Notes: generated by a model not told the origin, from the sequence alone. 64,000 nucleotides of DNA from Bacteroidetes bacterium GWF2_38_335 (GCA_001769535.1 MEOH01000019.1:65787-129786), one strand, 5' to 3'. Counted from the first letter of the stretch, positions 53,180-62,610 are shown. Made by a program: numbers and translations.

Positions 53180-56086
53180 ATGAAAAAGCTAATATTATTT
53201 TTCCTGACTTTTATTATTACAGGACTTGTTTTTTCGCAAAGCAATTCCATTGTTGATTCCTTGTGGCGCAATTATAAAAATGCCTCCCATGATTCGGTGC
53301 GAATTGAAATTCTCATTGCAGATCTGGGCTATACCTTTGAAGGAATTAATCCGGATTCTGCTCTGATACTTTACAATAAAGCAATTGAGCTTGCTGATAA
53401 AAATATTGAATCTGCCCGAAAATCATCCGACAAAAAATCTGAACTGTTTTTTCTTGAAAAAAAAGCTGTGGCATTAAGATATTCAGGTATTGTTTACCGG
53501 ACTTTAAGCGATTATGAAACGGCTCTTTTTAATTACAAAAGATCAATAAACATCTACAAAGAACTGATACTTGAAAGCAGTGCGGGTAAACGCGAAGAAT
53601 ACAATGTCAATATTTCCGGAACCTATAATAATATTGGCTCCATTTACCGGAATCAGGGTGTTAATGACAAAGCAACTTTATACCTGCTGAAAGCTATAGC
53701 CAATTTTGAAATTACGGTTGATTCAGAAAACCAATCTGTGGCCAAAATGAGCGGATATGCTCTCGCCGGCGCATACAACAACGTGGCACTCATTTATAAC
53801 AATCAGGGAATATATGAAAAGGCAATAAAATATTTCGAAAAATCTCTGGAGATAAGAAAAAAAATGAGCGATGTTTATGGTATTGCCCAATCCTTAAGCA
53901 ATATGGCCATTTCAACTTTCCGGATGGCTGTGCTTGTCACAACTCCTGAATTAAAGACTGCCAGACTTAATGAATCGCTCCAGATGTATTTTACTGCCCT
54001 TTCATGCTATGATTCACTATTATCAGATCAGGCAAATATTAAAAATTTCAGATTGTTAAAACTTTCGAAAGCTGATTGTTTTGGAAATATTGGATTGTTA
54101 TACAAAACTAAAGGTGATGGTGATAACGCTCTTAAATATTTCAATGAAGCTATTAAAATCAGAGAGGAGTTGGGCGATAAAGTTGGTATCTGTGGCGAAA
54201 AATCAAATCTGGCTTCGTTGTATATCTCTATTCATGACCGGCTTAACCTTAACGAAAGCAATCTCATCAGAGGATATAAATATGCAGAGGAAGCACTTAA
54301 ACTTTCTGAAGAAATCGGACTAAAAGCCGAAATGAAAAGTGCGGTAAGAAATATGGCTATGATTTTGCAGGGATTGGGAAATTTTGAAAAAGCCCGGGAA
54401 TATTATTTTTCATTGAGTTCAATGAATTTTTCTGATATACTTACAAACTTTTCATTTATTACCGAAAAGGAAAAGGAACTGTTTTTCAGTATGGTATCCT
54501 CAGATTTTAACTTCTTCTATAATTTTGCACTGAGAAATCTGGGTTATAAACCCGATATTGCAGGTGATGTGTTTGATAATGTCATTCGTTCAAAGGGGCT
54601 GCTGCTCAAATCGTCCACAGCCATGCGTGCTGCCATTTTAAATAGTGGCGATGAAGTTTTAAAAAAAGATTATTATGATTGGACAGCCATTAAAAAATCA
54701 ATCATTCAAAACTATACCCTTGAACCTGAAAAAAGGGATAAAAATCTTGATAAATTGATTGAAAAGGCCGACAGTATTGAAAAAGTATTGGCTAAAAAAT
54801 CCTTTGAGTTCAGCGATTTCAATAATATTCAGAAAATTTCCTGGACAGATGTTAAAAAAAGTCTGAAGCCCGGTGAAGCCGCAATTGAGTTCGTTCATTT
54901 TAAATATGACCCTGTTAAAATAGTCGATTTGGAAGAAGTGAAATATTGTGCGCTTGTGCTTACAAGTGATTCGGAATATCCGGTTATGATTCCACTTTGC
55001 AATCAAAAACAGCTTCAGGATATACTGGGAATAGACGCTGAAAATGACATCAATTATATCAACAATATTTACGGTAAAAAGAATAATACCAGCCGACAAC
55101 TGTATAAACTGATTTGGAAGCCAATTGAAAGCAAACTAACCGGAATAAAAAGGGTGTATGTGTCGCCGAGCGGACTGTTACATAAAATTTCCCTTGCTGC
55201 GATTGCCGATGAAAATGGAATCTTTTTAAGCGATAAATTAGATTTAAGAATCAAAAGCAACACAGGAAATATTGCTTTAGAATCAACAGTTTCAGATGTT
55301 TTGTTCAGCGATGCGGAAATAACTGCGGCCGTTTTTGGCGGAATAGATTACAACCTCAAGGATTCGGTCCGGAAAATTGTTGAGTGGGAATATCTGGATG
55401 GTACAAAAAGAGAAAGTGAAAATATTACTAATTTGCTGACAGGTCAAAAAATAAACGTGAAATATTTTTCCGATAAATCAGCCACCGAAGAGCAATTCAA
55501 GATTATGGCTGCAAACTCTGATCTGTTGCATATTGCCACCCATGGATTCTTTTTTCCATCCCCAGAACAGTTAAGATTGGAAAGTGATACTGCCAATAAA
55601 ATCACTGAAGAAAAAGGTGATGTTGTGTTCAGGGGTGGCGCCAGGGGTTTTGGCGTTGCAGGGTTTGTTGAAAATGACAATCCGCTGATGAGGTCCGGAC
55701 TTGTGTTTGCCGGAGCAAATGAGGTTTGGAATGCAACTGAATCGGGCGAAAATGAAGATGGTGTTCTTACTGCCCAGGAGGTTATAAATATTGACATGCG
55801 CAAAACTTCCATGGTTGTTTTATCGGCATGTGAAACCGGACTTGGTGAAATTGTGGACTGCGAAGGGGTGTATGGATTACAACGGGCATTCAAAATGGCC
55901 GGTGTGAAATACATCGTAATGAGTCTGTGGCAGGTGCCCGATAAAGAAACCGTCGAGTTTATGACTCTTTTTTATTCCCGACTTTTAAAATTGAAAGACA
56001 TACAGCAGGCTTTTTCCGAAACCCAAAAGGAAATGCGAAAAAAATATGACCCGTATTTCTGGGGGGCTTTTGTCTTAGTTGAATAA
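53180..56086 (+). CDS. exported TPR-repeat CHAT-domain protein
   Basis: Signal peptide MKKLILFFLTFIITGLVFSQ, then TPRs. Conserved middle region (NFSFITEKEKELFF). CHAT His (LLHIATHGFFFPSP) and Cys (VVLSACETGLGE), and the tail KYDPYFWGAFVLVE. Starts 12 nt after the phosphatase gene. Confidence 0.9.
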   Translation: MKKLILFFLTFIITGLVFSQSNSIVDSLWRNYKNASHDSVRIEILIADLGYTFEGINPDSALILYNKAIELADKNIESARKSSDKKSELFFLEKKAVALRYSGIVYRTLSDYETALFNYKRSINIYKELILESSAGKREEYNVNISGTYNNIGSIYRNQGVNDKATLYLLKAIANFEITVDSENQSVAKMSGYALAGAYNNVALIYNNQGIYEKAIKYFEKSLEIRKKMSDVYGIAQSLSNMAISTFRMAVLVTTPELKTARLNESLQMYFTALSCYDSLLSDQANIKNFRLLKLSKADCFGNIGLLYKTKGDGDNALKYFNEAIKIREELGDKVGICGEKSNLASLYISIHDRLNLNESNLIRGYKYAEEALKLSEEIGLKAEMKSAVRNMAMILQGLGNFEKAREYYFSLSSMNFSDILTNFSFITEKEKELFFSMVSSDFNFFYNFALRNLGYKPDIAGDVFDNVIRSKGLLLKSSTAMRAAILNSGDEVLKKDYYDWTAIKKSIIQNYTLEPEKRDKNLDKLIEKADSIEKVLAKKSFEFSDFNNIQKISWTDVKKSLKPGEAAIEFVHFKYDPVKIVDLEEVKYCALVLTSDSEYPVMIPLCNQKQLQDILGIDAENDINYINNIYGKKNNTSRQLYKLIWKPIESKLTGIKRVYVSPSGLLHKISLAAIADENGIFLSDKLDLRIKSNTGNIALESTVSDVLFSDAEITAAVFGGIDYNLKDSVRKIVEWEYLDGTKRESENITNLLTGQKINVKYFSDKSATEEQFKIMAANSDLLHIATHGFFFPSPEQLRLESDTANKITEEKGDVVFRGGARGFGVAGFVENDNPLMRSGLVFAGANEVWNATESGENEDGVLTAQEVINIDMRKTSMVVLSACETGLGEIVDCEGVYGLQRAFKMAGVKYIVMSLWQVPDKETVEFMTLFYSRLLKLKDIQQAFSETQKEMRKKYDPYFWGAFVLVE

Positions 56087-56121
56087 GTATGTTCTCCGGA
56101 TTTATCTAATAAAATTTTAGT

Positions 56122-58938
56122 ATGAAGAATAAATATTTATTTCTGTTGATTTTACTGTCAGTCCAGTATTTTTCTTTTGCTCAGGAATGGCTTGAACAAG
56201 ACAATCTCCGGCAAAAACACCTTGAAAATGCACAATATGATTCAGCAGCAATTTTTGCAATAAATGTAAAGAATATTATAGAAAAGGAGTTTGGAACAAA
56301 AGACACGCTATATGGACAGGCATTAAACAATGAAGGATTTATTTACCTTTCGACCGGGGAATATGAAAAAGCCGAACCGCTTTTTGAAAAAGCAGTAAAG
56401 TGTTTTGAGGATAATAAAACTGAAAATGCCAAGGCCTACTCCTTTGCCCTTAGCAATATTGGAACCTTATATAACTGGACAAGCCGCTATGAAAAAGCCG
56501 AGAATGTTTTTCTTAAAGTGTTGGAAATCAGAAAAAAAACAGGAGAAAAAACACCTGAATATGCAACAGCTTTAAATAATCTCGGAAATATTTACAAGGA
56601 TGTTGGAAGATACAAAGAGTCAGAGGAATATTATTTAAAAGCCATAGAACTTAGAAAGGAATTATTCGGGGAAAAGGATTCTGAATATGGTGTGGCAATT
56701 AATAATCTGGCAATTTTATATGTCAATATGGGACAGTATGATAAAGGTGCAGAAATACTCCTTAAAGCAAGAGATATTTTTAAGGAAATTCCGGGAGAAG
56801 GTCAGGTAAAATATCTTACTGTCACTAACAATCTTGGAGCCATTTACTGGTCAATGGGTGATTTTATCAAAGCTGAACCCATGTTGGTTGATGTTGAGAT
56901 AAAATTAAAGGAAATAGTGGGTGAGGAGCATCCTAACCATATTACAGCAATTAACAACCTTGCAGTGCTTTATTCACATATCAATAAACTTGATCTGGCG
57001 ATAGAGTATAACCTTAAAGCACTTGCCTTGAGAGAAAAAACAATGGGAAAAACTAATTACGATTATAGTATTTCCCTAAATAATCTGGGCGCAAATTATT
57101 TGGATTTTTCCTTCGTTTGTGATACTCCATCCTGCAAAACTAAAGCCATACAAATGTCTAGGGATTATTATCTGGAAGCCGAACAAATCAGATTTAAATT
57201 GTTTGGACCGAAGCATCCTGATTATGACCTTATTCTGAAAAATCTGGCCAACACTTACCTCTATGAAGATGATTTGGCCGGGGCTGAAAAAATATATCTG
57301 AAATCAATGGACATTCTGAATTATAATATTCAGGAGAATTTTAGTTTTCTCTCTGAAAAAGAGAAGGAGCAGTTTTTTAAGATGAAATATGGTGACATTA
57401 AATCATTCTACTCATTTTCATATAAGTACAAGGATCAAAAACCAGAAATATCCACGCATGTTTACGACAATGTTTTAAAAAATAAGGGATTATTGCTTAA
57501 ATCATCAACTGCGATGCGTACGGCCATTGCTTCAAGTAATGATACCAGTTTGGTCAATGCATTTGACAAATGGATTGATCTTAAAAAGAAAATTGCCAAA
57601 CAATATTCTATCGCTGTTGATAAGCGCGATACAGATCCTGTATTGCTTGAAGAAGAAGCCAACCTTCTTGAAAAGGAGTTGGTTAAAAAGTCATCAATAA
57701 TTAGTGACTTTGATAAAAACAAAAATGTTACCTGGAAGGAAATCCGTAAATCATTAAAACCGGGTGAAGCAGCCATTGAGTTTATTCATTTTAATTTCTA
57801 TGATAAGCGGTGGACAGACTCGATCTTGTATTTGGCACTGATTGTAAAATCCGACAGCAAATATCCCGAAATGATTACCTTGTTTGAGGAAAAAACCCTG
57901 ACAGGCATTTTGAAGGAATTCGATGGTAATAATCTTAAATATGTCAATGGACTTTATGGAACAAATTCTGATCTGAAGGATGATCTTTATAATATTATTT
58001 GGAAGCCAATGGAAAACGCCTTAAAGGGAATATCAACAGTTTATTTGTCTCCTACCGGGTTGCTTCACAAAATATCCTTTGCATCTCTAAACAGTAGTAA
58101 AAATGTTTTGTTGTGCGATGTGATTGACATCAGAACGCAATCAAGTACAGCGAAAGTTGCAGTTCCCGAAATATTTTCGTTTGAAAAAAATATGACAGCA
58201 AGTATTTTTGGAGGAATAGATTATTCTGGTGAAACAGGCGAAACTGTATGGCAGTATCTTGAAGGAACCAAAACGGAAAGTGAAAAAATTCACAGTTTTC
58301 TTAAAGAAAAAAATATTAAAGTTTCAATGCTTTCGGAAAAAAATGCCACCGAATCAGAATTTAAGAAGATGGCGGCAAACAATAATTTATTGCACATTGC
58401 AACACATGGGTTTTTCTACCCTGATCCAAAAAATGTTAATAAAACAGATTCGTTGACACAGGAAACCGGTTCTGTTATTTTCAGGGGAGGAGAAAGAGGA
58501 GCCGGGGTTGAAAATTTTGTAAAAAATGAAAATCCATTGATGAGATCTGGTCTTGTATTTGCCGGAGCCAATGAAGTTTGGAGTGAGAAAAAAATAAGTA
58601 ATCTTGATGATGGAGTGCTTACTGCACAGGAAGTGTCGAATATTAATATGGGAAAAACCGGTTTGGTAGTACTGTCTGCATGTGAAACCGGACTGGGAGA
58701 TATTTCTGTAAATGACGGGGTTTATGGTTTACAGCGTGCTTTTAAAATTGCCGGCACAAAATTTATTGTCATGAGTTTATGGCAGGTGCCTGATAAGGAA
58801 ACTGAAGAATTTATGATTTCGTTTTATTCAAATTTCTTTAAATTAAAGAATATCAGAGAAGCTTTTTCCGAAACCCAAAAGGAAATGCGCAAAAAGTACG
58901 ACCCATATTTTTGGGGAGCGTTTGTACTTATTGAGTAG
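56122..58938 (+). CDS. exported TPR-repeat CHAT-domain protein
   Basis: Signal peptide MKNKYLFLLILLSVQYFSFAQ and KLC-type TPRs (YATALNNLGNIYKDVGRYKESEEYY). NFSFLSEKEKEQFF region. CHAT His (LLHIATHGFFYPDP) and Cys (VVLSACETGLGD), and the tail KYDPYFWGAFVLIE. Confidence 0.9.
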   Translation: MKNKYLFLLILLSVQYFSFAQEWLEQDNLRQKHLENAQYDSAAIFAINVKNIIEKEFGTKDTLYGQALNNEGFIYLSTGEYEKAEPLFEKAVKCFEDNKTENAKAYSFALSNIGTLYNWTSRYEKAENVFLKVLEIRKKTGEKTPEYATALNNLGNIYKDVGRYKESEEYYLKAIELRKELFGEKDSEYGVAINNLAILYVNMGQYDKGAEILLKARDIFKEIPGEGQVKYLTVTNNLGAIYWSMGDFIKAEPMLVDVEIKLKEIVGEEHPNHITAINNLAVLYSHINKLDLAIEYNLKALALREKTMGKTNYDYSISLNNLGANYLDFSFVCDTPSCKTKAIQMSRDYYLEAEQIRFKLFGPKHPDYDLILKNLANTYLYEDDLAGAEKIYLKSMDILNYNIQENFSFLSEKEKEQFFKMKYGDIKSFYSFSYKYKDQKPEISTHVYDNVLKNKGLLLKSSTAMRTAIASSNDTSLVNAFDKWIDLKKKIAKQYSIAVDKRDTDPVLLEEEANLLEKELVKKSSIISDFDKNKNVTWKEIRKSLKPGEAAIEFIHFNFYDKRWTDSILYLALIVKSDSKYPEMITLFEEKTLTGILKEFDGNNLKYVNGLYGTNSDLKDDLYNIIWKPMENALKGISTVYLSPTGLLHKISFASLNSSKNVLLCDVIDIRTQSSTAKVAVPEIFSFEKNMTASIFGGIDYSGETGETVWQYLEGTKTESEKIHSFLKEKNIKVSMLSEKNATESEFKKMAANNNLLHIATHGFFYPDPKNVNKTDSLTQETGSVIFRGGERGAGVENFVKNENPLMRSGLVFAGANEVWSEKKISNLDDGVLTAQEVSNINMGKTGLVVLSACETGLGDISVNDGVYGLQRAFKIAGTKFIVMSLWQVPDKETEEFMISFYSNFFKLKNIREAFSETQKEMRKKYDPYFWGAFVLIE

Positions 58939-59256
58939 GGGGTGGGTTATGGGTTATAGGTTATAAGTTATAGGTTATAAGTTATAAGTTATAAGTTATA
59001 AGTTATAAGTTATAAGTTATAAGTGATGGGTTAATGTTCTAAAATTCTGTTGAACTAACGGCCTGAAAGGCCAGCTAAATTCAGCCCCGGCTAACGGCCG
59101 GGGTAAAAAAAATGTAAACAAAACCGCCGGCCGTTTACTTATTAGAACCAAAAAATACTATTCCGGCGGAAATGGATGAGAGGTTATGGGTTATAGGTTA
59201 TAAGTTATGGGTTATCTCGAGTTGAAAAATACATCATACATCATACCTCATACAAC
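58939..59256. repeat. composite structured repeat, copy B (inverted partner of 38166-38508)
   Basis: 13 heptamer units lie at 58944-59034, including seven consecutive perfect AAGTTAT units. The core follows, with hairpins ggcct-gaa-aggcc (59060-59072), ccccggc-taacg-gccgggg and ccgccgg...ccggcgg. Then come 5 GGGTTAT-type units (59181-59215) and CATCATA/CCTCATA units (59231-59254). Confidence 0.85.
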
Positions 59257-59398
59257 CAATCCATGCTGTTCCAAGTTTACTCCCTTCGGTCATGAGAGAA
59301 GTTGCAACTAGGAACACATCTCGCTTAACAAGTTTGCAACTCGGAACCTATCCCTTTCTACAATACTCCATCCACCTCCACACTTAAAAACATTTTCC

Positions 59399-59406
59399 TA
59401 TATTTG
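59399..59406 (+). promoter_or_regulatory. candidate -7 box (TATATTTG)
   Basis: Matches TAnnTTTG, 12 nt upstream of the ATG at 59418. Confidence 0.35.
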
Positions 59407-59417
59407 CCACCTATTAT

Positions 59418-62400
59418 ATGAAAACTAAAACTGCATTTCTGTTGTTTTCCCTGTTCGCTGTAATTGCTTTAAATTCACAGCAAGTGCGCAGCTTTGATAA
59501 AAGTAACGGTCTTTCCCAAAGTATCATAAACTGTATTGAACAGGATGAAAATGGATTTATGTGGTTTGGCACTCAGGACGGACTGAATAGATATGATGCC
59601 TATTCTTTTATTGCCGTTAACTCCTTAAATGGTCTGGAAAATTCAAATATTAATTCTTCCCTTTTTGATGATCAGGGAAATTTTTGGGTTGGTACAGAAC
59701 AGGGACTTTTTAAGCGGGATAAAGGAAAAACACAATTCAAAAAAATTTCTTTCACAAAAAAAAGCAACATTCCTGTTGTTTCATTGTACCTTGATAATGA
59801 AAATAATCTATGGATTGGCACAAGGCAAAACGGTTTGTTCAGATACACTGTTTCATCAAAAAAATCAGTGTTTATTGCCTGCAAATTAACCGGTGATGAT
59901 GGAACAAAACAATCCATTCATTGTTTGCTCCAATATGAGAAATACATGTTGGCAGGTACTGATAGCGGACTTTTCAGGATTGAAATAAGTTCAGCCCGGA
60001 CCAAAAGGTTTCTTCCTCATAAAAGTATTGCCAAACCACCCTGGAGTACCCTCATTAATTGCATGGTTGCGGATGGTAAAAATGTTTGGCTGGGGACTTA
60101 TGGCGCCGGAATTTACAAATTCGACGGAAGTGAAGTAATCAGAGATCAGCAGTTGGCAAATGCAGTTTTTCTTTCTGAAGGGGTGATTAACTGCCTGACT
60201 CTAAGTAACTCCCGCGTGTTGTGGATTGGCACGCAGCAGGGACTGGCTTCTGTAAATCTTAATAATTCAGAAATAAAATATCCCTTGCCCATTCCTTTCG
60301 GAACCGAAGGTTCAGGAAATATCCGCAGTCTGTTTATCGACAGAGATGAAAATATCTGGGCAGGCGCCTGGGGTGCTTTATGGTTCATTCCGGGCAATCA
60401 AAAGCCTTTCGATATTTTTATTCCCAATCCTCAGCTCCCTTCAAATGATGCAGCAAATTCTGTTACTGCGCTGGCCGAAGATCTGAATGGAAAAATATGG
60501 ATTGGTACAGACAACGGCGGATTGATTTCTGATAAACATGAAAAGGCTGAATACATTACGTTCCCAACTATTATGGCAGTTGGAGTGGATGCGAAAAACC
60601 GGCTGTGGATTTCTCCCTGGGGAGATGGAATTTATGTTGGCAACAGCAGAGAAAACCTCTTTCAGATAAAAAATCCATTTCCCGAAAAAATTATCACCGA
60701 CAATGTGGTACGAAGTTTCTGTTTTTCGGGCGATTCGCTGGTCATAATTGGAACAGAAGAAGGGGTTGATTTGTATGATCTTAAAAATGACAGGTTGATA
60801 CCATCGCCCGAATGGGTTAAATCGCTTGCGAAAGGCAGGATTTCTTTTGTTTATTTAGATGTTTTCGGACTTTTATGGGTTGGAACTGCTGAAGGATTGA
60901 AAAAAATATCCCTTAAAAAATCTGAGAAGCTTGATTTTCCTGCTGAATCTGACAAGTTATTGCATAACCGGAATCTTAAAAGTTTTGTTCGCGACAAATA
61001 TGGAAAATACTGGGTTGGGACTTCGGGCGGATTGGTAATTCTGAGTAGCAAAGGTGAAATTCTGAAAAAACTGGACACCGATACCGGATTGCCAAACAAT
61101 GTGATTTATTCCGTAATTGAGGGAAACGACAATCAAATATGGTGCTCAACAAACAAGGGATTGGTACGGATTGATCCGGTGAATTACAAAATATCTGTTT
61201 TTAATAAAAACGATGGTTTGCCCGATGATGAATTCAATTCAGGAGCAGCCCTGAAATCAAAAGACGGAAAAATTTATTTTGGCAGTATTAAAGGTCTTTG
61301 TCATTTCGATCCTTTGAAAATACACGTTGACAGCACTGCTATTCCTGTTCACATAAGATCACTGAAAGTTTTTAATAAAGATTTGTTTCCTGAAAAGGAA
61401 GTGATTACAGGAGAATCTGTCACACTAAATTATTCAGATAAATTTATAACCATTGAATTTGGTGCGCTGTCTTTTGTCAACCCCGAAGAAATAAATTACG
61501 CATACCGGCTGGAGGGTTTCGACACAACATGGATCGAAAGCGGTACCATGCGAGTGGCTACCTACACCAATCTTGATCCCGGGACCTATACATTCACTGT
61601 CATTGCCTGCAACCACGATGGTGTGTGGAACCAGAAGGGCGCATCCATTACCATTGTTGTTACAACACCATTTTATCGAACCTGGACTTTCAGGTTTATT
61701 ATTCTGGCCTTTGCTTTTATTATTCTTATCTCAATAAATATGATCAGGATAAGAATGATTCGCAGACGCAACCGTGATCTGGCAAAGAAAGTTGTAGAGC
61801 GGACTGAAAACTACCGGGTTCAAAAGAAAAAAGCCGAAGAAGCTGGAGAGCAGCTCAGGCAGGAAATGATTGCCCGCAACAGGTTTTTCAATATCATGAC
61901 CCACGACATAAAAAATCCCGTATGGGGAATAGAAGAACTTGCCAGAGAGGCAGAAAGCAATCCACAAGCGGTTCAGAAACTGAAAACCACCACAACCGGA
62001 TTAAAAAAGCTGCTCGAAAATCTATTAACCTGGGCAAGTTTGCAGTCGGGCAGGGCAGCACCCCGTTTTGAAATCACCTCGGTTTTCGGAATGGCCGATG
62101 AAGCCATTGATAACACCGAAGCCCAGGCATCAGCAAAAAATATTAAAATATTAAACAATACAGATCCCGAAATTCTTGTTAATGTTGACAGACAGATGAT
62201 CATAGCGGTATTCCGCAATCTCATATCAAACGCGATAAAATTTTCTTTCCCCGGTTCTGAGGTAAATATTACCACAAAAACAGACAAAAACCTTGTTGAA
62301 ATATTTTTTACAGATAAAGGAACCGGAATGGAAAAAGAATATGTTGACCGGTTATTTTCCCTCGAGCACACAAATGTACGCAAGGGCACCGGAGATGAAA

Positions 62401-62531
62401 AGGGAACAGGATTGGGGTTGTTGATATGCAAGGAACTCGTCGAAAAAAACCAAGGCACCATTAATGCCCAATCCCAATTAGGAAATGGTTCCACCATCAC
62501 CATCAGGTTTGATGTTGTGATATCCCCGTAG
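59418..62531 (+). CDS. two-component-regulator propeller + Y_Y_Y sensor histidine kinase
   Basis: Reg_prop repeats (ENGFMWFGTQDGLNRYD, GNFWVGTEQGLF, ...) and a Y_Y_Y domain (YAYRLEGFDTTWIESG...GTYTFTVIACNHDG). TM helix. H-box (FFNIMTHDIKNPV), N-box (NLISNAIKFS) and G-boxes (DKGTGM, GTGLGLLICKELVEKNQG). Confidence 0.85.
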   Translation: MKTKTAFLLFSLFAVIALNSQQVRSFDKSNGLSQSIINCIEQDENGFMWFGTQDGLNRYDAYSFIAVNSLNGLENSNINSSLFDDQGNFWVGTEQGLFKRDKGKTQFKKISFTKKSNIPVVSLYLDNENNLWIGTRQNGLFRYTVSSKKSVFIACKLTGDDGTKQSIHCLLQYEKYMLAGTDSGLFRIEISSARTKRFLPHKSIAKPPWSTLINCMVADGKNVWLGTYGAGIYKFDGSEVIRDQQLANAVFLSEGVINCLTLSNSRVLWIGTQQGLASVNLNNSEIKYPLPIPFGTEGSGNIRSLFIDRDENIWAGAWGALWFIPGNQKPFDIFIPNPQLPSNDAANSVTALAEDLNGKIWIGTDNGGLISDKHEKAEYITFPTIMAVGVDAKNRLWISPWGDGIYVGNSRENLFQIKNPFPEKIITDNVVRSFCFSGDSLVIIGTEEGVDLYDLKNDRLIPSPEWVKSLAKGRISFVYLDVFGLLWVGTAEGLKKISLKKSEKLDFPAESDKLLHNRNLKSFVRDKYGKYWVGTSGGLVILSSKGEILKKLDTDTGLPNNVIYSVIEGNDNQIWCSTNKGLVRIDPVNYKISVFNKNDGLPDDEFNSGAALKSKDGKIYFGSIKGLCHFDPLKIHVDSTAIPVHIRSLKVFNKDLFPEKEVITGESVTLNYSDKFITIEFGALSFVNPEEINYAYRLEGFDTTWIESGTMRVATYTNLDPGTYTFTVIACNHDGVWNQKGASITIVVTTPFYRTWTFRFIILAFAFIILISINMIRIRMIRRRNRDLAKKVVERTENYRVQKKKAEEAGEQLRQEMIARNRFFNIMTHDIKNPVWGIEELAREAESNPQAVQKLKTTTTGLKKLLENLLTWASLQSGRAAPRFEITSVFGMADEAIDNTEAQASAKNIKILNNTDPEILVNVDRQMIIAVFRNLISNAIKFSFPGSEVNITTKTDKNLVEIFFTDKGTGMEKEYVDRLFSLEHTNVRKGTGDEKGTGLGLLICKELVEKNQGTINAQSQLGNGSTITIRFDVVISP

Positions 62532-62585
62532 AGACGCATTATTATGCGTCTCAAAAAAGGGGAGACACACGCCGTGCATCTCTAC
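62528..62585. repeat. REP-like palindrome plus inverted GTAGAG half-site between convergent genes
   Basis: GTAGAGACGCAT-tatt-ATGCGTCTC (62528-62552), then ggagacacacgccgtGCATCTCTAC (62561-62585). The kinase TAG stop (62529-62531) is part of the GTAG. Confidence 0.5.
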
Positions 62586-62610
62586 ATATCCCTTTCGTGC
62601 AAGGTAATTG

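Noticed and set aside
38507-58938. Known cytoplasmic defence systems using CHAT or caspase proteases (type III-E Craspase, gasdermin systems, STAND/NTPase conflict systems)
   Set aside because: There is no gRAMP/Cas7-11 gene or CRISPR array, no gasdermin-sized cytosolic partner and no P-loop NTPase. All four proteases carry signal peptides, which is incompatible with those mechanisms.
58944-59034. CRISPR array or telomere-like repeat
   Set aside because: The units are 7 nt with no spacers, which makes this a microsatellite. The 80-bp repeat at 581-758 also has no unique spacers. No cas genes are present and the contig context is an ordinary chromosome.
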